Made by a program: the position numbers and the translations under genes. The notes under the pieces were generated by a model. The model was not told where the DNA came from and searched no databases. It saw nothing but the letters and a program-made list of their open reading frames with translations. A stretch of 24,004 nt of DNA from an uncultured Alphaproteobacteria bacterium (GTDB lineage Bacteria > Pseudomonadota > Alphaproteobacteria > Rs-D84). The stretch spans positions 1 through 24,004 of the forward strand of contig CAMRSV010000012.1 of assembly GCA_947053455.1 (NCBI GenBank), given 5' to 3'. Below, piece after piece: positions 18,637 to 24,004 of this stretch. The stretch's first letter is position 1. Each line of letters opens with the position of its first letter.

Positions 18637-19592
18637 CGTGACCAATCGCGATTAATAATTTTTTGAATCTGTTTTTTGCCGTCGCGATATGTATCAATGC
18701 TTAATGTATCCATCACGCGATTCAGATTTTGTCGTTCGGCGGCAGTATTGGCGGCATTAAACATTGATTTAATTTCGGCCACATCCCCACACATCGCCGC
18801 ATTCTTTATCTTTCGATACAACTTGCGCAAAGGATACGGCATGGCACCATAAGCAGTCTGATATGTTTTCCCATAATCAATACGAAGACCGCACGCATAA
18901 TTTCGTGGCGCATGCTCGTCAGATTTGGTATAGAAAATTTTGTTTTCATTATGTTTGCAAAATTTTGATTGCGCGGGCGACAAATCTTCATTCCATTTAG
19001 ACAACATGTAACCACGCCCAATTAATGAAGCCATATAAACCTGCGTGTTATTCCGCGGTTCTGCGTGATACGCATTAAATGCGGTCGGAATTTCCCAAGC
19101 CGCACCGTGCAAAAATTCACTTTTCGGAATTGTTCGAAAAATTTTTAAGGCATATTCGGCGTTTATCCTGGGGAAATACAGGCGACATACAATTCCAGAC
19201 GCCCCGCGCCATTGGCCAAAAAAACTATCACTATTATATTCAATATGACGACATTCCACCTTGCATTCGGTGCCGAATAATTTAGTTGCGGCCGGCAAAG
19301 GTATACGACGCGGCCGCCATGCGTTTTCAATTTTCCGCCAATTATCAACAACAAACGCATCCAAAATATCATGAAATTCCATTGTACGCCGCGCAAGCAA
19401 CTTTTTAGGCACGCGCATACGCAATTGCGGCGGTAATTCACCGACAAAGGGCGACACATCACACCGCGTAACTATATTTTCAATGTATTCGGGATTCTTT
19501 GACCAGTATTTGCGCATATAATGCGTCAAAGACATATGCTTTGGATGCGCACGAAACTTTTCGCATGATGAAAATCGAAAATCTTTTTCCAT
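18633..19592 (-). CDS. Hypothetical protein with divergent protein-kinase-like motifs
   Basis: GASGIV, YALKIF, a downstream Glu, DEHAPRN and IDYG in kinase order; start re-assigned to ATG 19592 so that it no longer overlaps the upstream lipoprotein gene. Confidence 0.6.
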   Translation of the reverse strand: MEKDFRFSSCEKFRAHPKHMSLTHYMRKYWSKNPEYIENIVTRCDVSPFVGELPPQLRMRVPKKLLARRTMEFHDILDAFVVDNWRKIENAWRPRRIPLPAATKLFGTECKVECRHIEYNSDSFFGQWRGASGIVCRLYFPRINAEYALKIFRTIPKSEFLHGAAWEIPTAFNAYHAEPRNNTQVYMASLIGRGYMLSKWNEDLSPAQSKFCKHNENKIFYTKSDEHAPRNYACGLRIDYGKTYQTAYGAMPYPLRKLYRKIKNAAMCGDVAEIKSMFNAANTAAERQNLNRVMDTLSIDTYRDGKKQIQKIINRDWSR

Positions 19593-19629
19593 ACGACATA
19601 TAATTGCACAAATATTATTATTGTCAATG

Positions 19630-19827
19630 TTATTTATTATATTCTGCGCATATTCGGTTATGCCGATATATATTTCGCGCCAAATCATCGCTGATTACAT
19701 TCCAATCGGCGGCGCGTCCATATATGGGGCGGCAAACAACCGGAGCACAGACATTATTCGGCGATTGTGTATTTCGCGCGCAGGACGCGACGAATATCAG
19801 CGACACCGGTATTAAGAGTTTCTGCAT
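19630..19827 (-). CDS. Small lipoprotein, o-spanin (Rz1)-like
   Basis: Lipobox FVAS-C16; C..PIY....D....SDDLARNIYRHN..C; strong AGAGGAG SD inside the upstream gene. Confidence 0.65.
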   Translation of the reverse strand: MQKLLIPVSLIFVASCARNTQSPNNVCAPVVCRPIYGRAADWNVISDDLARNIYRHNRICAEYNK

Positions 19828-19981
19828 TTATTTTCTCCTCTTTCTGGATTAATTGCGATTGGGTGTGTGCGGCATCACCGACGCAATCTGCCCTGCACCG
19901 CTGGACGCCATTGGCGCGCCCGGCAAGATAAGCGAATGCGACAAATGCAACGCACGCAATTACAACGTAAATGTATTTCAT
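19754..19981 (-). CDS. Small membrane-anchored helical protein, i-spanin (Rz)-like
   Basis: N-terminal TM helix then a helical region with two Cys; 74-nt out-of-frame overlap with the lipoprotein gene. Confidence 0.6.
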   Translation of the reverse strand: MKYIYVVIACVAFVAFAYLAGRANGVQRCRADCVGDAAHTQSQLIQKEEKINAETLNTGVADIRRVLRAKYTIAE

Positions 19982-20114
19982 ATCAAAATCCTGTTGTGTT
20001 TAAATGGTGCATATTTTATACTGTACTTGAATCCGCAAGGGATTGTGGGTTTGGGACTTAGAAAATCCCGTAAAGAAGCGGCGCTTTGCAAAAAGGCGTC
20101 GAAATCCGATACAT

Positions 20115-20271
20115 GCGGCATTTTCCGTCGCACTTGCCCGACTTAATCGGTCGGGAAGCTGTTGGTTATACAACAAGGCGCAACATGCACCCAAAGGCCG
20201 ACAGGATCATTCTTCTTTATGATTTTTCTAACTTCCCGACCACCAATAACTTGGTGGTTTGATGTTTTTTT
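20115..20271 (+). promoter_or_regulatory. Structured 5' leader motif, copy 1 (candidate cis-regulatory RNA/attenuator)
   Basis: P1 GGTCGGGAAG/CTTCCCGACC, P2 CTGTTGGTT/GGCCGACAG, P3 ATCAT/ATGAT and a terminator-like hairpin; homologous to 22768-22926. Confidence 0.7.
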
Positions 20272-20292
20272 GAACATAAAAAAGGAAGTCAG

Positions 20293-20739
20293 ATGAAAAA
20301 ATATATATGGACGCTGTCACTGCTTTTTATTCCCGCAACGGCCCACAGTGTCGCAACCCTTCAATGCAAGTGCAGCGATGGAACAAGCGTTGCGGCCGGC
20401 GAAACATGCCCCGGCGAACTAAAACCATGCGGCAGCGGTGCAACACTTGACGAATGCGTCAGCACGGACTGGATAAACAGCATCACCCCGGGCTACCAAG
20501 AAAAAGTGACCGCAACGGGCACAATATTCAACTGCAAACGAAAAACATCATACCGATGCGCTGCGGGATATTACGGTCAATCCACAAACGGCACCACCGG
20601 TTGCACCCCATGCCCCACCCCTGGTACATCCGCCGCAGGCGCCACGGTAAAAACATCCTGCTATGTCGTTAGCGGCACCGTCGCCAATGACACCAGCGGC
20701 CAATATAATCTCACCAATAATTGTTTTTATACGAATTAA
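20293..20739 (+). CDS. Secreted Cys-rich protein
   Basis: Signal peptide MKKYIWTLSLLFIPATAHS; RCAAGYYG...CTPCP...DTSGQY...CFY C-terminal module; AAGGAAG SD. Confidence 0.8.
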   Translation: MKKYIWTLSLLFIPATAHSVATLQCKCSDGTSVAAGETCPGELKPCGSGATLDECVSTDWINSITPGYQEKVTATGTIFNCKRKTSYRCAAGYYGQSTNGTTGCTPCPTPGTSAAGATVKTSCYVVSGTVANDTSGQYNLTNNCFYTN

Positions 20740-20764
20740 AAATCCCCCAAACGGGGGATTTTTT
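20738..20764. terminator. Bidirectional terminator between the Cys-rich gene and rho
   Basis: AAAAATCCCCC-AAAC-GGGGGATTTTTT between convergent stop codons. Confidence 0.85.
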
Positions 20765-22031
20765 ACTGATTCATGGAACCAAAGAAGTCATCGTTATTTT
20801 TCGTCAGGCGTAATTTATCCAACAGGAATTCCATTGCCTCTAACGTACCCATAGGATTAATTATTCGACGCAATACATACATTTTGGCCAAATTATCCTT
20901 GCCCACCAGCAGGTCTTCCTTGCGCGTGCCGGACTTTGTAATATCAATCGCCGGGTAAACGCGTTTGTCTGACAACTTGCGGTCCAGAATTATTTCACTG
21001 TTTCCGGTTCCTTTGAACTCTTCAAAAATAACTTCGTCCATTTTGGAACCAGTATCGACCAGAGCCGTCGCGATAATTGTCAGGGAACCACCGCCTTCTA
21101 TATTGCGGGCGGCACCGAAAAAGCGCTTTGGCCGCTGCAGTGCATAGGCATCAACACCACCGGTCAAAACCTTGCCGCTGGACGGGACACACGTGTTGTA
21201 CGCACGCCCCAGACGCGTTATGGAATCAAGCAGGATTACAACATCTTGCCCTGCCTCGACCAATCTTTTGGCCTTTTCAATAACCATTTCTGCAACCTGG
21301 ATATGTCGCGCGGCGGGTTCGTCGAACGTACTTGAAATAACCTCTCCCTTGACGCTGCGCTGCATATCAGTAACTTCTTCGGGTCGTTCATCAATCAGCA
21401 GAACAATCAATTTCACATCCGGATAATTCGTCGCAATTGAATGTGCAATGTTTTGCAGCATAACCGTTTTACCAGTACGCGGCGGCGCGACGATAAGGGA
21501 ACGCTGTCCCTTGCCGGTGGGCGAAATCAAATCAATAACGCGCGCCGACAAATTACGTCCCTTGTCCTTGTCGTCCTTGACCTCCATTTTCAGCTGTTCG
21601 TCTGGGTACAGCGGGGTCATATCATCAAAAGACACGCGATGACGCAACATTTCCGGTTTGTCACCATTTACGCGTTCGATTGTTTCCAACGCGAAATAAC
21701 GTTCTGATTCGTTCTGGGGTGCCTGAATCAAACCTTCAACATAGTCGCCGGTCTTAAGCCCGTATTTTTTAATCAGATTTGGCGAAACATACAAATCATC
21801 GGGACCGGCCAAATAGTTGCTTTCGGGGGCGCGCAGGAAACCGAACCCGTCCTGCATGCGTTCCAAAACGCCATCACCGATAAGTGTCACCTTTTTATCC
21901 GCGGCAAACGCGCGCATAACCGCAAAGCGCAATTGTTGAACATTCAATTGTGCCGGGTTTTCAATTCCCATGTCTTCAGCCATTTTCAGCAATTGCTGTG
22001 GCGATTTTGCCTTTAATTCATTTATATGCAT
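20763..22031 (-). CDS. rho: Transcription termination factor Rho
   Basis: [17 protein letters not shown]-loop [36 protein letters not shown]; true start MHINELK at 22031. Confidence 0.98.
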   Translation of the reverse strand: MHINELKAKSPQQLLKMAEDMGIENPAQLNVQQLRFAVMRAFAADKKVTLIGDGVLERMQDGFGFLRAPESNYLAGPDDLYVSPNLIKKYGLKTGDYVEGLIQAPQNESERYFALETIERVNGDKPEMLRHRVSFDDMTPLYPDEQLKMEVKDDKDKGRNLSARVIDLISPTGKGQRSLIVAPPRTGKTVMLQNIAHSIATNYPDVKLIVLLIDERPEEVTDMQRSVKGEVISSTFDEPAARHIQVAEMVIEKAKRLVEAGQDVVILLDSITRLGRAYNTCVPSSGKVLTGGVDAYALQRPKRFFGAARNIEGGGSLTIIATALVDTGSKMDEVIFEEFKGTGNSEIILDRKLSDKRVYPAIDITKSGTRKEDLLVGKDNLAKMYVLRRIINPMGTLEAMEFLLDKLRLTKNNDDFFGSMNQ

Positions 22032-22085
22032 TAAAAATCCTTTTGGAAAATTGGGCGAATGGAACCATGCCCCTAGATAATATAT

Positions 22086-22114
22086 ATTATAGTATATTTT
22101 CGCCCAAAAGTCAA
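22086..22114 (-). promoter_or_regulatory. rho promoter
   Basis: TTGACT-N17-TATAAT. Confidence 0.75.
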
Positions 22115-22117
22115 GAA

Positions 22118-22750
22118 TTATGGCACGTAATAGCACATATTAAGCAGTTCAAATTTCCCGGACGCATCCTGCCAATATGGCATATCAATCGATGATAAAC
22201 CGCATGTATTCAAGTTTTGTCCGTCACTTCTTATGAAATCATATGGATCAAGAACGCCGTAATCAGTATCTGGTTGCACGCCACCCGCCGAAGGGCATCT
22301 CACACAGACGGACTCACCGCTGGCATTAACCTTCACATAATATCCTGTGTCACATCTAATCGTCGGATCCGGGTCGGGGTCTGGATCCGGGTCTGGGTCG
22401 GGTTTTGGATCCGGGTCTGGGTTTGTAGACCCTTCACATGTAAATTGTTCTACGGGCAACCATTCACCACTCGCCAGACATTTAAACGCACCAACAATCG
22501 AACCTTCCGGCTGATAACCGGGGTTACCAACCCCTTCGCCACTACACCCACCCGAGCACCCGTTATAATTATTAATACCACAGGCTATGCATCCCCCGTT
22601 TTTCATAATAAGGCATGTATTTGAAATATGGTTGCCCGCCCGATGTGCATAACCATACGGATCCCAGCACGCGCCCGTTGTAACATCGGCAATCGCCGGC
22701 GATACCGTCATCAAATTGAGCAGCAAAACCACAATTAAATATTTTCGCAT
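22118..22750 (-). CDS. Secreted Cys-rich protein with (Pro-Asp)n linker
   Basis: Signal peptide [21 protein letters not shown]; [17 protein letters not shown]; RCDTGYY...CVRCP...DASGKF...CYY; AAGGAG SD. Confidence 0.8.
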   Translation of the reverse strand: MRKYLIVVLLLNLMTVSPAIADVTTGACWDPYGYAHRAGNHISNTCLIMKNGGCIACGINNYNGCSGGCSGEGVGNPGYQPEGSIVGAFKCLASGEWLPVEQFTCEGSTNPDPDPKPDPDPDPDPDPDPTIRCDTGYYVKVNASGESVCVRCPSAGGVQPDTDYGVLDPYDFIRSDGQNLNTCGLSSIDMPYWQDASGKFELLNMCYYVP

Positions 22751-22767
22751 AATTTTCTCCTTGCCCG

Positions 22768-22926
22768 AAAAACAAAACCGCCAAAAACATCAGCGGTCAG
22801 GGAGTTAAGAAAATCATACATCAAAATGACCCCGACGGTCTTTGGGCAAACCCCTGTTGTATAACCGACGGCTCCCCGACCTGTTATTTACAGTCAGGGA
22901 AAACGACCCGCACAAAACACGCGGCC
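22768..22926 (-). promoter_or_regulatory. Structured 5' leader motif, copy 2
   Basis: P1 GGTCGGGGAG/CTCCCTGACC, P2 CCGTCGGTT/GACCGTCGG, P3 GTCAT/ATGAT and a terminator-like hairpin; compensatory changes relative to copy 1. Confidence 0.7.
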
Positions 22927-23119
22927 ATTATCAAAGGACAGACGAATTTACATTCGCTTGATGTACAGGTTTTCTTACGACCCCGAGCCCAATGTCCGCT
23001 TGGACTCGTATTTTAGTATAGTTGAATTTTGGCGACAAAACAAGCGATATGTTTTTCGCTTGCATTTGATAGGTTTTATTGCTCAAATAAATATATAAAT
23101 AAAAACAAAGGAAACGCAT

Positions 23120-23581
23120 ATGGCAGGCAGCATAAATAAAGTTATATTGGTCGGCAACGTTGGTCAAGACCCACAGGTGCGCACAATGCAAAGCGGACAA
23201 AAAGTAGTAAGTTTTTCATTGGCGACATCGGAACGTTGGCGCGACCGTCAAAGCGGTGAGCAAAAGGAACAAACCGAATGGCATCGCGTTGTGATATTTA
23301 ATCCGAATTTGGTTGAAGTTGCCGAACGCATGCTGCAAAAGGGAACAAAACTGTACCTAGAAGGTGCGCTAAAAACCCGCAAATGGCAGAACCAACAGGG
23401 CGTGGATGTTTACACAACCGAAGTTGTCTTAAATCCGTTTATGGGTCAAATGGTAATTTTGGGTGGTGCAAAGGCCATGGACGGCGGCATGTCCGGCGAA
23501 TACGGCGCGTCGGCACCGGCGGCACCCGCCCCACGTGAAGAAATATCTGTTGCAGACATTGGCGACGACATTCCATTTTAA
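23120..23581 (+). CDS. ssb: Single-stranded DNA-binding protein
   Basis: [26 protein letters not shown]-terminal DDIPF. Confidence 0.98.
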   Translation: MAGSINKVILVGNVGQDPQVRTMQSGQKVVSFSLATSERWRDRQSGEQKEQTEWHRVVIFNPNLVEVAERMLQKGTKLYLEGALKTRKWQNQQGVDVYTTEVVLNPFMGQMVILGGAKAMDGGMSGEYGASAPAAPAPREEISVADIGDDIPF

Positions 23582-23786
23582 TGGAATGTTGGCGCCTGGC
23601 GACGAATCCGAGTTGACAATTTATTGTCTTACGAGGATACGCACAGGCATCCCATGCCGAGCGACATTCCATTTTAATGGAATGTTGGCGCCTGGCGACG
23701 AATCCGAGTTGACAATTTATTGTCTTACGAGGATACGCACAGGCATCCCATGCCGAGCGACATTCCATTTTAATGGAATGTTGGCG
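23566..23786 (+). repeat. Exact 96-bp tandem repeat (2.3 copies) beginning in the last codons of ssb
   Basis: CGACATTCCATTTTAATGGAATGTTGGCG at 23566, 23662 and 23758 with identical intervening sequence. Confidence 0.9.
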
Positions 23787-23800
23787 TCTGTAATAAACAT

Positions 23801-23822
23801 CCCGCCCCTACGGCGGGTTTTT
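23801..23822 (+). terminator. Intrinsic terminator downstream of ssb and its repeats
   Basis: CCCGCC-CCTAC-GGCGGG-TTTTT. Confidence 0.8.
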
Positions 23823-24004
23823 CATAGGATATATAATGGGTGGGATGATAAGTTCATAACAAAAGAATAAATGCAACGGGACTGGGCGTGCTCATAACGA
23901 TAAATGGGCAACGCCACGCCGTCACAATAGCCCCTTAACATATTCCAGGCGCCCCGAATCGATTAAAACCAAATAAGACCACCGACGCTGATTTTATATG
24001 CGGT

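Noticed and set aside
20149-20241. Assignment of the leader motif to a known riboswitch (c-di-GMP-I, yybP-ykoY, TPP, cobalamin, T-box, glycine)
   Set aside because: The hallmark conserved nucleotides of those classes were not found by eye; Rfam cmscan is needed to be decisive
22032-22136. N-terminal extensions from the ORF track (rho 22136, R-M 13202, 9085, 16760, 19688)
   Set aside because: Downstream ATGs have SD, promoter or family-start support; most of the extensions cross promoters or neighbouring genes
22364-22421. Hexamer repeats as a phase-variation tract
   Set aside because: In-frame, with varied synonymous codons, encoding a Pro-Asp linker; length change would not switch expression
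904-23200. Numerous short antisense or nested ORFs in the track
   Set aside because: They overlap well-supported genes or regulatory regions and show no motifs or SD support
23439-23870. ORFs 23439-23768 and 23463-23870; also a mini-CRISPR reading of this repeat
   Set aside because: The ORFs arise from the 96-bp (multiple of 3) tandem repeat. The intervening sequences are identical, so they are not spacers.

Overview
Chromosomal window of a moderately AT-rich bacterium, most likely an alphaproteobacterium (inferred from the Ssb and Rho sequences). Left to right: tRNA-Arg-derived tandem repeats; an HdeD-like membrane protein; an APH/choline-kinase-like protein; and a complete type II-C CRISPR-Cas9 locus (31 repeats with embedded extended -10 promoters, cas2, cas1, 1022-aa cas9, tracrRNA). 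Next is a ~7.7-kb island inserted at the 3' end of tRNA-Pro(TGG). It carries a single-chain type IIG/ISP-like restriction-modification enzyme, a DUF2924 protein, a doubly frameshifted large serine recombinase and two membrane-anchored unknowns. The right part holds a secreted Cys-rich protein, an arginase, a divergent kinase-like protein, an orphan Rz/Rz1-like spanin pair, rho, and ssb followed by a 96-bp structured tandem repeat. The most novel-looking signal is two homologous, covarying, switch-like ~150-nt structured leaders (20115-20271 +, 22768-22926 -). Each precedes a secreted Cys-rich protein, and the two proteins share a C-terminal module. I do not recognise the leader as a known RNA family. 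All calls are from reading the sequence by eye; no searches were run.
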